DNA of 62,860 nucleotides, the filler included, from Welwitschia mirabilis (Eukaryota), in NCBI GenBank assembly GCA_051453625.1. It is 11 parts of one record of this genome, joined end to end, with 100 filler letters (N's around TTAATTAATTAA, not from the genome) between each part and the next. Parts side by side here need not be neighbours in the genome. Positions count along the whole stretch, not along the records: positions 1 to 16,844 come from JBOZIK010000001.1; positions 16,945 to 29,675 come from JBOZIK010000001.1; 9 more parts are not named here. One strand, given 5' to 3'. The notes under the pieces were generated by a model. That model was not told where the DNA came from, did no database searches, and saw nothing but the letters and a program-made list of their open reading frames with translations. Of the stretch, positions 13,751-27,809 are shown in pieces. The number at the start of each line of letters is the position of its first letter. Position 1 is the first letter of the stretch. Made by a program: the position numbers and the translations under genes.

Positions 13751-14949
13751 TATGTTTGTTTCAGTCTTAAAACAATCAATACATGTTAACTATCCTTTTA
13801 ACTGATTACACATTATTAAATAAATAATATTATTAATATTAAACAATATCATATGATTCTTATCTAAAAATGTAATATGTCTAAAATTGTTAAAGAGTAA
13901 GATATAGAAAACCATTTAATGAACTACTCATAAAAGCTAAATCAAGAAGATTTTTAAGATTTAGAACTAGACCATATAAAACTTAAGAAAGTAGATTTTA
14001 CACCTTTATTTAAAGATGATAGACATCATCAACAACAAATTAAATAAGCTATACTAGACTAATCTAGTGTGTGTTTCTAGGTTACAAAGGTAGTGAAAAA
14101 GCTACATAGTACAAGATCACTAGAGACGAAAGTAATTTATAGATAATCGTTTCAAAATAAGCATCACAATTTCTTTACTAGTGAATATAAGCAACATAAA
14201 ACCTAATAATATTTTTCTATTTTTTATATATAGTGAAACCAACTTATTTTAGTTAATAATAATAAAATATTAGTAAAATAAAGAGAGTCTACTATTGCAT
14301 TTAAAACATCTCTAATCATATGATGATAAAATCATGCATATAGGTTGTGTGATTTATATTCAGTACTAAATGTACAAATATATTTTTCATTATCAAAAGG
14401 ATGAAGGACCATATAGATTTGGTGACGTATGACTACTAAACATAACCTAATGACGTCACCACACATAGTAAGTCTATATCACAACTCATTTTTCTCCATG
14501 TCTCTTCTAGATTAGGTACTTTTAGCTAATTTAAATAGGTATTAATCACAATAGTACATCTAACAAGCAATAACCTCCAAATGCAGCCCCTCTAAAGTGG
14601 GGGATCTAAATGTAATTTTTCCTAGTGTATTCTTTCCAGATCTTACATTAAAATACATATTACATCACAACATATTATTCAATAGTAAAATAGTTATGTA
14701 GTTATGACATAAAGAAAAATAATGGATATTACAAAAAAGCTCAATAGGTAATAACATTGTATGAATTATGACTAAAGCTTAAAATCCAAGAATAATGTCA
14801 AAAAGTATATGTTTTTAAAATATAACATTCATAGTGAAGATAAGTCATTATACTCACATATTTAGGCTAAGATCAAAATTAGAAAGAAATAGAAATATAG
14901 GACTACAAACACTAGGAAATATAAAATTTATTTTGTTTTTATGTACTCC

Positions 14950-16340
14950 TATTGTGGTGTGTATTTTATGCAATCTTGAAGCTTTTTAGGTAAACCTGTA
15001 AATCATATAACTTGTAGAAAAACACATGCTACTATAGACGGGAGTTAACCCGAATGTCATAATCCCAATGAAGCCACTAGGCTCAAAGTAAGAGAATTGA
15101 TTTCCAAAGGTAGTTTTTGGTCTTTTATCTCTTACTAAAAAAAAGTAATTAACAAAGAAAATGCAATGCTTTAAATAGAAATGAAATGCAAGTGAATGGA
15201 AATGGAATGCAATTGTAATGGAAATGGAATAGAAATGGGAATAAAAATAGACCTTACTTAGATCTTAGCCTTTCTATGAAAAAGACTACTTATTATAACT
15301 TATATGAAAGAAGAAGAGTATTTACTACTTCTTAATCAATATAAACTATAATATCCACCCAAGTAAGACTTGAAATGCAATATGAAAAGCAAGAAATAAA
15401 CAATGCAAATCTATTCTACTAAAATAGGTCAACCTTAACAAAGGTTGTTCTTATTATCTAAATAAACCAAAGCTTGTCACTCAACTAAGATCAGCTTAAA
15501 TCATAAGGGAGATGCACAATAATGAGATGAAAGAAGAGATTGTATTAACTCAAGTAAATCAGAATGACATTCACTTACGAATTAGAACAACAGCACCTCA
15601 ATGAGAGGGACACAGCTTGACATCAAGAAGACTCCTTTCTATAGCATAGGATGGATCTCTCACCCTTTAAGCTTCTATCATAAGTATCAGGTACAAAAGA
15701 TGCTCTAGAAATAAAGGAGGAGAAGGGTATTTATAGATTTCCAAAAGAGTGATTTGGAGAAAAGCCTAAAGGTGGGAAGCAGAAATCATAACGACTCACA
15801 TGAGTTGTTTAAACTCATTTACAATATAATTTATTGCTACAGTGTAAAAATAGTTATCGTCTCTTATGTCGTTCGCACCACAAGGTGGATGACACCTCCT
15901 TATGGCTTGGAGAGTGCTCCATGTGCTGCCATCGGCTCTGTGGGTTACCTACACATAGTCCTGATGCTGTCATCCTGTATGTCATCCAGACAATTATGTG
16001 GATGACACCCTGCCACCATGTGCTACTGCTGACATTGCTAGCTACTATCCACGTTAGTAGTTTGGTCATCCTATGTGTCGTGGAGATGACTAATGGGACG
16101 ATGATCTTCTTTTGTTCTCCTCTCCCTAGTGAATTATTCTTTGCCTTATACAATCCTTTTTCCAATTCTGCAGTATCATAATAGGCCTAAGAAATTGTCA
16201 AAAATGATAAATATCATATGTTTCACTGATCATGTTATCATGACTTCATAGCTCTTACTATTGTATCAAAAATCTGTATGAATGTCCTACAAAGATACTC
16301 AAAATATACCATCAAATTCCAACAAATTGGCATTACAAAA
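14950..16340 (-). mobile_element. Complete Athila-like 3' LTR (~1.39 kb)
   Basis: Both decayed termini seen; preceded on the minus strand by PPT taagtagggggcta (16341-16354). Confidence 0.88.
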
Positions 16341-16844
16341 TAGCCCCCTACTTAGCCTTGTTAGTTCCTGACAAAGTAAGCAATCAACTAGATTGCAAGC
16401 TAATTTGTTTAACATAATAGTAATTCCTGCAGAATGTAAATTGAGTTTATATAAAATAATATCATCAATAAGTAATTAATACAAGTACTAGAAAATTTCT
16501 AAGCCCCCTACTTAAACATGTCACCATAGAATAAATGCAATATAGAAATCATAGAGTGAAAGTTGATGGCTTTTAAAAGTAAAACTATGCATGTATGTTA
16601 GAGAATAAAAATAATAAATCATTGCATGTTTCAAGTGATCAAAAACATATGGTTATAAAAACATGTGCAAGTACTGTTGAATCCTGTATGATAAAGTGTG
16701 TCAATGTTCTAAAAATTTCATGAAGAACTCGTACAAATGCATCCAAAATTAGATCATGTAGCTTAGAAAGAAAAAATTTTGTGCTAATCATTAGGAAAAG
16801 TAAGAGGTCCTGAATTGCACCTGAAATCAACAACACAAAAAAAG
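16341..16844 (-). mobile_element. 3' internal region with two PPT copies
   Basis: gccccctactta at 16343 and again at 16503. Confidence 0.8.
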
Positions 16845-16888
16845 NNNNNNNNNNNNNNNNNNNNNNNNNNNNNNNNNNNNNNNNNNNN

Positions 16889-16900
16889 TTAATTAATTAA
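16889..16900. other. Artificial scaffold joiner TTAATTAATTAA (also 29720, 33582, 38691, 43369, 45237, 47289, 48929, 56266, 59771)
   Basis: Identical palindromic 12-mer carrying TAA stops, centred in 44N+12+44N blocks. Confidence 0.97.
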
Positions 16901-16944
16901 NNNNNNNNNNNNNNNNNNNNNNNNNNNNNNNNNNNNNNNNNNNN

Positions 16945-17243
16945 TAAGGGCAGCCTTTGTTAAGGCTGAAAAGCAAGTAGAGTTAGGATCATTTTGCATT
17001 GCATGTTAGTTTAGATTGCATCTTAAACCTTGCATGATACTTTATTTTATTATTATTCATTATTCTTGGTTCCTATTTCATTTTAAAAGCAACCTAAGTC
17101 CCTTATGAATAGACTTCAATAAGATACGACATTTTAGGTTACTCCCACTATATTAGCGTGATGTAGTATGCATAATATCTATTTGATTACTAATGAAATT
17201 ATCTATTTAAACATAAAAGTATGCATAAATACACATCACAATA
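16945..17243 (+). mobile_element. 3' part of an Athila-like LTR
   Basis: Ends cataaatacacatcacaata; reverse complement of the 58756/62436 LTR type. Confidence 0.75.
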
Positions 17244-17874
17244 GCTAGTCATGTCACAAAATGCTTTAGCTCATCCATGTAAACTTGTTTAAGTATAAAA
17301 GTATAGGTAGTGGTTTACACACCACATGTGAATTCTCATGTGAACCACTCCTTTTTCTTCAATAGAAAACAAAATAAAAAACAACTAACAGTCATCATTT
17401 TAGTCATGAAAATAATAGATAAGATGATAAAAACTAAAAAGAACAAATACAAAATAATAATTTAAGAGAAAGCCAAAAGCACAAAATATACACACAGACT
17501 GTCGTCCTTCTAGTCATGGAGATGATACAAGGGATGATGAAAACAAAAAAACAGAAAGCTAAGTTTCACTATAACCCAAAAACAAATTGTAGAAAATAGA
17601 ATAGAGTGTATCCTTCACCTCATCATGGGGATGATAGGGAAAACAATAACAATAAATTAAAAATTCATAAATAAAAAATAAACTAAAAAACCATTATTCT
17701 TAATATTATGAAGATGATAAAGAGGATGACAGACTGCTATTATAGATGACGAAAAGAGAAAATTGCAATTAAAAATCTACAAATCCTAATTAAAAAATAT
17801 AATATCATTATAAATAAGGAATCAAATAGAAATCCGATTTACTCATCTAAACAATGACCATCCTCATGCTTCTT
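17244..17874 (-). mobile_element. Athila-like 5' leader (post-PBS) fragment
   Basis: Repeated gtcatc/gatgac palindromes; its end resembles 62370-62410 next to a PBS. Confidence 0.65.
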
Positions 17875-18537
17875 NNNNNNNNNNNNNNNNNNNNNNNNNN
17901 NNNNNNNNNNNNNCTGAATAAGCCTAGATTTTGGAAACCAAATATGTGACTATAATAAGGTGAGTCATATCTATATTCTAAAAAAGTAAAGGAATTAATG
18001 ATTTAAATGTTAAAGGATGATGAGAAGTCATAAAAAGTATGGAAGGCTATACTCTAATTAACATGAAAAAGTTTTTGGAGTTTAAATATGGGATAGAGAA
18101 AAACTTAGAGATCCACATAAAGAGGTTAACATCAATTATGCAACCAAAGTGATCTTATTTAAGCTTAGACAATGAAGAAATTAATAATTCTAATTAAAAA
18201 GGTAAGCTAATCGATCACTTAATTCAGCTCTAGAATATATACTTTTGTATTTGTTTATGCTTAACTTCTTCTTCTTCTAAATAGGAATAGGAGAATAAGG
18301 TAGGAGTCCTCCTAGAATAAAATGTAATAAGATTAAAAAATAATACTCACCTTAACATAATACTTAGACCTTTAGGAGATAACAATAGAGAAACATTCTT
18401 CCTCTTCCTCTTCATCATGAAAAGTGGAGACAAGAGAAAGGTTTCATAAATGAAAGGACCTTATCCTTCATCTTAGAATAAGAAGTCTTATAAGAAGTTA
18501 TCCATACATTTCCATCTATAATTTCATCAAAAAGAAG

Positions 18538-19680
18538 TGTTGTAATGCATTTTTTACATACACACTCTAGTATGAATGGGAGTAACCCAAATGTCATAAA
18601 TCGTCGAAGACTTATAAGAGAAGAATAAGGATTGATTTTGTAAAATAATATGTAATCAAAATTGAATAACAATGTAGAAAATAAAATATGTAATGCAATG
18701 CAAGTGAAACTAGATCTAAATGAACATCTATCTAAGTATTGAACTGATGTGTCAAGAAGATCGACCCTATAACCTAAATCATTTAAGAAGACTATTACTA
18801 ATCAAGACTAAATTAAGATATTAGGTAAATGGAATAAATGTAATGTAAAAAATAAATCTAAAACTACTTTCTTTAGCCTTAATAAAGACTATGCTTAAGA
18901 CCTATATCATCAATAAAACTATCATTGGATTAAGGACAACATAAACCATAAGGGAAATATAGTAGAACTAAATGCATAATTGAAACAAATTTTTATATTA
19001 AAATATAACTAGCATCTGGGTTACAAAATAGTCAAGCCTCAATGGATAATGCATAGCCCTTCATCAAGGGAACATCTTTCTATAACTCATGAGATGGATC
19101 TTCAACCCTTCGATCTCCTATCATAATACTATCTAGTGTAAATGAAAATGGATAGAAGAGTCAAATGAGGGTCTTATTTATAGGGCTAAGAAATGAAACC
19201 ATCACACAAAAGGCACTACAAAATACTCTTACTTATGAGAAAGAAATAAATGAAATAGATAAGGGTCGGCTACTAGTTACAAGTGTTATCCTACCTATCA
19301 TGGGGATGATTAAGGGAACAATAGTTTAAACGTTACATTTGTTGTCCTACATGTCATGGGGATGACCATAGGAATGACACCCCTTTAGAAAGAATGACTC
19401 AATAGTATTGGCTCTAGTCCATGTTAGCATTCCCATGTGGCATTCACAGTCCTCTTTATCTTTCTAACTTAAGAAAAGTCTTCCTTTTTACATCAGTGAT
19501 CTTTCTCCAAAGTCATGTGCATTATAATATTCTTAAAATACCTCTGAATATACCAAGTTACACATTTCTCTGATGATCTACAATTCTTCATAATCTCAGA
19601 ATTACATTTAAAATTTTATAAATGGCCTACAAAATAGCTCATAATACCCCATCTAATACACACAATTTGATAATGTATCA
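18538..19680 (-). mobile_element. Athila-like LTR (~1.14 kb) abutting an opposite-strand RT
   Basis: tgttgtaatgc at 18538 and decayed 5' terminus at 19680; internal LTR motifs; no clear TSD. Confidence 0.78.
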
Positions 19681-22160
19681 GTTACTAAAAAGGATTATTA
19701 CCCTTTATCCTTTCTTAATTAAGTTCTTGATAAGATCCAAGGACATTTCTACTACTGTTTTCTTGATGGGCATAGTGGCTACAATCAAGTTTTCATAGTA
19801 AATAAAGACCAAGAAAAAACAACTTTTACCTCTTTTTTTAAAAATTTTTCCTTTAGAAGAATTACTTTTGGACTTTGCAATGCCCCAAGGAGTTTCTAAT
19901 GAGCAATTATGAGTATTATTTCTAATAAGATAGAGGAATATATTAGAATCTTTATGGATGACTTCTCCATATTTGGTGAAACTTTTAAAAAAATCATATA
20001 AAGATTAGAGAAAGTCTTGGATATATGTATAGAAATTGGCTTACACTTGAGTTGGGAAAAGAGTTTCTTCCTTGTCAATGATGGAATTGTTTTAGGCCAC
20101 AATATTTCTAATAAGGGGATTAAAATAGATCCTACTCAAATTAGTATCATTAAAAATCTTAATCCTCTAACTAATGTTAAATAAGTTAGATCATTTCTTG
20201 GTTATGTTGGTTTCTATCATCATCTTATTCAAGATTATGCCAATATTTCTAAACCTTTTCATTTATTACTTGAAAAAGAAGCTAAATTTAATTGTAATAA
20301 TTCATCTTAACTTATTTTTAAAACACTTAAGAATAAAATTTGTTCTAAACCTATTATCATGGGTCCTGATTCAACTAAAGTTTTTGAACATATGTGTAAC
20401 ATGAACAACATTACTATGGGTGGGGTCTTGGCCAAAAATGTAAAAATGGCATTAAAATTATATATTATCTTAGTAAACTTTATCTAATATCTAATCCAAC
20501 TATAGTACTACTAAAAGGAAAATTCTTGCCATCATTTTTTGCCTTGATCATCTTAGACACTATTTCTTTGGTTTTCATGCCAATGTTCACATATATTACA
20601 TAGCCATACACTGTCTTATAACTAAGAATGATTCTAGTACCAGACTTATTAGATGTATCCTACTCATGAAAGAATTTAATCTTACCATCATTAACAAGGC
20701 TAAAAAACATAATAGCATTACAGATCACTTATCTTGACTCTCTTATTCTCATGATGAATCTGCCATAAATCAATCCTTTCTAGATGAACAACTATTTATT
20801 GTTGAACACCATCTCTTCTACTCATCCTATGACTTGGTATGCTAATACTATAAACTACCTTGTTATCATGAAAACACCTTAATATTGAAATCATAACTAA
20901 TGAAAATCATTTTTCCATAGGATTGATGGCTATGAGTGGAATGAAACCCATCTTTACTGAAGATGCAAAGATTAAATCATGCATAAATGTATGCCTAAAT
21001 GGAAAAAACTAGATATCTTTTAACCTTTATCATTATGAAGAATTTGTAAAAACTTTAGTGGTTAAAAGACTATAGTAAAAATTGTTCACTTTGGTTTCTA
21101 TTAGCCTACTCTTTTTAAAGACTTCTTTGCCTTTTCTAGAAGGTGTAATGCTTGTTAATGATATGGTAGTCTAACTCATTCTTAAGATATGCATCTTAAA
21201 CATATGCTTAAAGGTAAACCTTTTAATTATTTGGGGATTAACTTTATGGCCCTATCAAATCATATTTTCATGATAAAAAACACATCCTAGTGGTCACTGA
21301 TTATGTTATCAAGTATGTTGAAGCTTTTTTTAGTATCAAGAATAATGTCCAAACTATTTGCAGTTTTATCCAAGCTCATATCTTTCAACATTTTAATTTC
21401 CCTAGAATCATCATTAGTGATTAATGAACTTATTTTATCAATTACCTTTTTTGGAAACTTCTTTTATCCATTGAAATTAAACATAGAATTGCTTATGCTT
21501 ATCATTCATAAATTAATGGCTAAGCAAAAAATGTAACTAGGAAAATTAAAAAGATGCTCCAAAAATTAGTTCCTATAAATAAGAAAACTTGGGCTTATAA
21601 ATTTAATAATGTTATTTAGGCTTACCATACTACTTGGTAAAACTCTCTATGCTTTTTATGTTATGAACTTATATATAAAAAGGTTTGTTTCTTATCAGTT
21701 AATGTTTGCTATAACTCCTATTGATTCACCCATAAACTTAACCTTGTAAAATTAAATGAAAATCTTAATATCGATTATTCCAACTTGATCATTTAGATGA
21801 AAAGTGTACTCATGCTATATATTATCAACTCATTCATAAACCCTAAGCTAATTCAAACATAATTAAAAAATTATCCATTTGCAATTTAAACAAACTCAAC
21901 TAGTTCTTTTATATAATACTCACATACATCTTTTACACAAAAAGTTAACCTCTAAATGATTAGGTCCTTATCTTATAAAAAAATTACATTTTAATGGATT
22001 AGTTGAAATCTCTGATTCAGACACTAGGGAAATTTAAAAAGTTAATGAATAAAGTATAAAAATTTATGAAACATCTACTGATCAAACCTTGAACATGATA
22101 GAAGCACTTATCTTAGAAGCCCCTCTTAATTAGGAGGACTTTCCTTCTGCCATTGTTTAA
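19681..22160 (+). pseudogene. Degenerate Athila-like RT-RNaseH-INT, element B
   Basis: TKKDYYPLSFLN.VLDK, YYCFLDGHSGYNQV, FGLCNAP, IFMDDFS (19950), SWEKSFFLVNDGIVLGH, RLIRCILLMKEF, GINFM, GPYLI. Confidence 0.93.
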
Positions 22161-24868
22161 ATTCTTTTTTCGTCAATTCCTTGGATAGAGATCATGGTAT
22201 TACTTAAACATATTTAACTTAACTTATGTATTACTTTATGAAGTTACCATGATTAGTAATATTTTATTTGGGAATTTTAAAGTGATAAGATTGGATTCAT
22301 TAAATTTTAAGACATTTGTATATCTATGAACTTCATTTAAAAGGAAGATGCTTTAGTTATTCTCTTTCCTTTTAATGGTATAAGTATTTAGTTATTTGCA
22401 TATGCTATTATTTGTTTCTCATCTCACTACTTCACTCTTATCCTTGTAAGTACTCAGTCATGTGAGATTCTTTTTACTTCAAGGGTGAAAAAAGGAAAAG
22501 CAAAAAGAAGAAAGGAGAAGAAAAAAAGCAAAGAACATATCTTTTTTTAAACTAAACTATGATGTCCTACCATAATCACATCAAGGGAAATTTTCTCAAG
22601 AAAGGCCTTTGGTACTGTGATATGATAGCTATGGAACTCAATTGGGGAGTTAGCTGACCATGCTAAGTAGGTTTTCACTCCTCTAATAGTGGTTTTACTT
22701 CCCTCATTATGGAGAAATAATTATCATTTAGATGCTATAAGATCAGAGATGCCCCTAGTATTATTAGAGTATTACTTATTTTCTAGACTTATTTTGCATA
22801 TAGTACTTCCACATGATCATTCTATGTTTTCTGATTTTGATATTTTTTTGATGTATGAGCTAGTAAGTTTCTATTTGAGTATCTTTTGATCTTATCATTT
22901 ATTATTTGCAACATTAGATATACTTGTTATTTTTATAAGCATTGCCTATTTGAATAGTACTTTATGAGTTTTTACATATTATCATGCATTATTAATCAAC
23001 TCATTTTATGAATTTTACCAAGGGAAATTATTAGGTTAAAATTCAAGGTAGGTGAATAATCTTCTTTATGTTTCTAGTTGTTTATTTTTACTCTTGTTTT
23101 TCTTTAGTTGTTCTATTTAGTTTTTCAAAGTTATTTCCATACTTTTTCATCATAAAATTTTGAATCTGATCATTTAGAACTTTCTTGTTGATTTTACTCA
23201 CATGTTTTATCCACAGGTGTTGCTTTTTTCCCTACATTTTTTGATAGATGATGATGAGACTTTCTCTTTTGAGTTTTAGTTTCCTACTTTTACATGCTTA
23301 ATGAGGTTAATCACATTTGAGAAGTTTGAATAAGCATCGCTTCTTTCTAGCTAATGCATTATTATGTTACTATGCTTTTCTTCTTGAGTTCTTTTCACAT
23401 TTATCTCTTTTCATCGTGACTATTGTTTTAGGATGATATTTTTTTTACTTTTGACCATCTTTGTAAATTTTTGATGATTTTCTGATGCTTAACTATTACT
23501 ACCTTACTTATCAGATTTTTCTAACCTTTATTATTTTTCAAAAAATCTCCTTTGATAAGCATTCTCCTGTGTCTATTGTTTAGATGACAAAGAGTATAAT
23601 AGTAGTTTTTTNNNNNNNNNNNNNNNNNNNNNNNNNNNNNNNNNNNNNNNNNNNNNNNNNNNNNNNNNNNNNNNNNNNNNNNNNNNNNNNNNNNNNNNNN
23701 NNNNNNNNNNNNNNNNNNNNNNNNNNNNNNNNNNNNNNNNNNNNNNNNNNNNNNNNNNNNNNNNNNNNNNNNNNNNNNNNNNNNNNNNNNNNNNNNNNNN
23801 NNNNNNNNNNNNNNNNNNNNNNNNNNNNNNNNNNNNNNNNNNNNNNNNNNNNNNNNNNNNNNNNNNNNNNNNNNNNNNNNNNNNNNNNNNNNNNNNNNNN
23901 NNNNNNNNNNNNNNNNNNNNNNNNNNNNNNNNNNNNNNNNNNNNNNNNNNNNNNNNNNNNNNNNNNNNNNNNNNNNNNNNNNNNNNNNNNNNNNNNNNTT
24001 TATTATTTTTCAAAAAATCTCCTTTGATAAGCATTGTCCTGTGTCTATTGTTTAGATGACAAAGAGGATAATAGTAGTTTTTTTTACATTATTCTAATCT
24101 AGGATATTTTGATTCACTAAGGGGAGGATGGCAGAACATCATTTTGATCTACTTCTGAGATATTAAGAAAAACTTTTAATTTTAAGGATTATTTTTAAGC
24201 TTTCATAATACATACTTGTGATGAGATTGTTTGGATACACTTTCATATTACTTGTATAATTTTTCATCATGAACATTATCTGGCAAAATCAAAGTAGCAC
24301 AATTATAGATTTTTTCTACAAGTATGATCCAGAACATTTAGAAGCTCATGAGTAAGGGAAATAATTTTATGATTATTCTTTATATTTTACCCCTTGTAGA
24401 TTATTCTTTTTAACTCTCTGATTCATTCATACACAACATTTTTAGTTATTTCTACTTTGATTATGCATACATATTGTCATTTTTTGGATTGCCATTATTA
24501 CACCTTATGATAATTATTATTTATAACATTTAATCATTATCTTATGATGTATTAAACATTTCAAGAAGAGGGCTAATGAAGATTTTAGTACTTAGATTTT
24601 CTCTGATAATTATGTTATAGGTATGTTACTTTCATTTTGATTTTACAAGTTCTGTCATCCTTATTATCATCCAGATGGGAGGACATATCAATTATGCATC
24701 CTATAGAGGTATTGTATTAGTTAATAGGCCTTTTATTTATTACTACATGGTTAATGATTTTAAAATAAAATTACATTTTCCTTAGTTGCTAATATCTTAG
24801 TCAAATTAGATTAAAATATTATTGATTACTTACTTTGTTAGGGAGTAATAATGCTAAGTAGAGGGCTA
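22161..24868 (+). mobile_element. ~2.7 kb post-integrase region of element B ending in a PPT
   Basis: PPT taagtagagggcta 24855-24868; weaker upstream PPT-like aagaagagggcta ~24564; segment 24120-24400 homologous to 45730-46010. Confidence 0.78.
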
Positions 24869-26076
24869 TGTAGCAATGTCAATTTGTAGGATTTTGATGG
24901 AATATTTTGAATTCTTTTGCAGAATATTTATATAGGTTTAAGTGAAATTCTAATTATTATGAAGAATCAATGGGATGATCACTAAAACATGTAATTCTTG
25001 ATATATTTTAAGGCATTTTAGGCATATTTTGATACTTCATTTCTTGAAGGAAAGTTTAATAATGCAAAATAACAATTTCTGTTAATCTAAAACGATAAAA
25101 AGACCTATCATCTCCATGACAATTAGGTTAATAGTATTGCTGATAGGAATTGATCTGTGGAGTTGACTATAGGGCTTAAAGTTAATGTTTCATCTCTTCT
25201 TACAAAGTATTATCTCCAGTGTCATCCCCATGATAGATAAGATGATAACTATTTTATATGAATGGAAGTGAATTATCTTTGTAATGGGGTTATCTGGTCC
25301 ATATGAGTTGCTAGGATTTCTTTTCTATATTTTAGATTTTACTTTAAAACTTCAATGTAAAACAATAAATACCCCCCTTTGTCTTCACTTTCATTTTCAT
25401 CTTTTTTACTAGCTATTCTTATGATAGAAGATAGAAGGATAAGAGGCCCATCCATTAGCTATAGAGAGAAGATTTTATTAGTGTTAGATTGAGAATCTTC
25501 CATTGAGGTGTTGATACTTTGTTTTTAAGTGGATGTTAATTAATTATTAATACAAGAACTCTTTTCACTTGTATTATATGAGCATCTCTTATAGTTTAAG
25601 TTGATTATGATTAAATGTTAATTTCATAGTCTATCTAGATCATAAGGGAAACCTTTATTAAGGTTGAAATTATTAGTTTAGATCTTGTGTTGCATTTCAT
25701 TTTATTCCATTTCCATATTTGCATTTCATTCACATTTTGTTTGGTATATTGTATAGCTTATGTTGGTTAGGAATAAGTGATAAATCTTCATAATTGACAT
25801 AAGGACTAATTCTTGTGATAGAAGGATTGGAATTCAAATAAAATCATTACACTTACATTTCATCTATTTGAATTTCATCATTATTCATCTTGCATTATAT
25901 TTGCATTATTTCTTTTCACTTACTGAAGAAAAAAGAATAAAAATACTTTGTGAAATCAATTCTCTAACTTCTAGCCTAGTGACTCTTGTTTATACTAATA
26001 TGTGTTTTTCTGCAAGCATTATGATTTATAAGTTTTGTCTAAAGACTTAAAAATTGCATAGATTCATACTACAACA
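24869..26076 (+). mobile_element. 3' LTR of element B (~1.21 kb)
   Basis: Starts tgtagcaatgtcaa after the PPT, ends catactacaaca. Confidence 0.88.
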
Positions 26077-26522
26077 TTAACCTTTCTTTATGTTATGCCT
26101 TCTTTTAATATTATAATAGTGGGAGCCACTTTCTCTATGTAGGTCCATCCTTCTTATCTGGGTTCCTCCTCTTGAATGCAACCCTTCTTTAAACTAACAT
26201 CCCCTTTCTTTTTATGAAATCATGTTATTATAGTATATCATAAGGATTTGTATGATTGGGAAAAACAAAAGAGTTCTAAACTATGGCTTTTCATATCATG
26301 TGCCCCCCTAGCATTCTTTGTTTTAATGTCACATCACTTCTTCTTCTCTAGCCACCTTCTCATGTGCCTCTTAAGAACTATTAACAAGTATATCAATATT
26401 TCATTTTGGAGAGGGATATGTTTGACATTTTTCTCTTCTATATTAATCAATGATCTAATTATAGACATATATTACTATATATGTAACTTATAATTCATTT
26501 GTTATTCTAACGAGGGATTAAA

Positions 26523-26549
26523 TGTGTGTGTGTGTGTATATATATATAA
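26523..26549. repeat. (TG)n(TA)n compound microsatellite
   Basis: tgtgtgtgtgtgtgtatatatatata. Confidence 0.85.
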
Positions 26550-27090
26550 TCTATATTTAAATATATAATGTCAATACTATATAATTAGACTATAAACATT
26601 TTCAAGAAATTTACAAGAATTGTATAAGAACAAATTATCACATTTTTTATAAAAATATTATTCAATAAAGATATACATCACCAAATGTTTAAATATATCA
26701 CATTATGCATATTTCAAGTTTCAAGGTATTTCAAGGTCATAAGATAATTACAACATCTAAGATATAATAGATATATTACAAGTTTATAAGTTATACATTC
26801 AAACATAGTTTTACAACATAAACTAGAAAATCATAATCTCCACTCCATCATGCCCTCCTTGATAATTAATTTAGTTTTTCTAATACTCTACTTTTTCCAC
26901 CTGTTCAACATAAGAATATGAAGTGAGAACCAAGACGTCTTCATAGTTCCCAATATAACCTAAAGACAATGATAAAGGTCAAGGGATCTCAGGTCACAAG
27001 ATAGATAAGATAGGATCAAGATTTTAAGTGAAGGGTTTATAGAAATAAAATGAGAATAATAAATTTTTAATAATTTTTCAAATTTTTTTC

Positions 27091-27234
27091 TCCACTACCT
27101 TATTTGATGATTTGTAAAGTCCACTGCTTGATTTGTTGATCTATGAATTTACCAATTCCATTATTGCATTTGATGATCTATGGGTTTTTCATACTCCATT
27201 GCCTTATTTAGTGATATGTAAAGTCTACTACCTC
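27091..27234. repeat. Degenerate 29-38 bp tandem array running into an N gap
   Basis: Units start tccactacc (27091), tccactgct (27120), tccattatt (27157), tccattgcc (27195), tctactacc (27224); the complete units share an attt..tgat core. Confidence 0.7.
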
Positions 27235-27809
27235 NNNNNNNNNNNNNNNNNNNNNNNNNNNNNNNNNNNNNNNNNNNNNNNNNNNNNNNNNNNNNNNNNN
27301 NNNNNNNNNNNNNNNNNNNNNNNNNNNNNNNNNNNNNNNNNNNNNNNNNNNNNNNNNNNNNNNNNNNNNNNNNNNNNNNNNNNNNNNNNNNNNNNNNNNN
27401 NNNNNNNNNNNNNNNNNNNNNNNNNNNNNNNNNNNNNNNNNNNNNNNNNNNNNNNNNNNNNNNNNNNNNNNNNNNNNNNNNNNNNNNNNNNNNNNNNNNN
27501 NNNNNNNNNNNNNNNNNNNNNNNNNNNNNNNNNNNNNNNNNNNNNNNNNNNNNNNNNNNNNNNNNNNNNNNNNNNNNNNNNNNNNNNNNNNNNNNNNNNN
27601 NNNNNNNNNNNNNNNNNNNNNNNNNNNNNNNNNNNNNNNNNNNNNNNNNNNNNNNNNNNNNNNNNNNNNNNNNNNNNNNNNNNNNNNNNNNNNNNNNNNN
27701 NNNNNNNNNNNNNNNNNNNNNNNNNNNNNNNNNNNNNNNNNNNNNNNNNNNNNNNNNNNNNNNNNNNNNNNNNNNNNNNNNNNNNNNNNNNNNNNNNNNN
27801 NNNNNNNNN

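Noticed and set aside
13750..14949. Possible leader/LTR of the eroded Copia, including ggtgacgt...gacgtcacc inverted repeat (~14421-14460)
   Set aside because: No PBS or matching second LTR could be found; evidence too thin
15754..16181. Overlapping ORFs on both strands (also 31497-31775, 40056-40250)
   Set aside because: They fall in the GC-richer palindrome array of the LTR U3; no conserved protein between LTR copies
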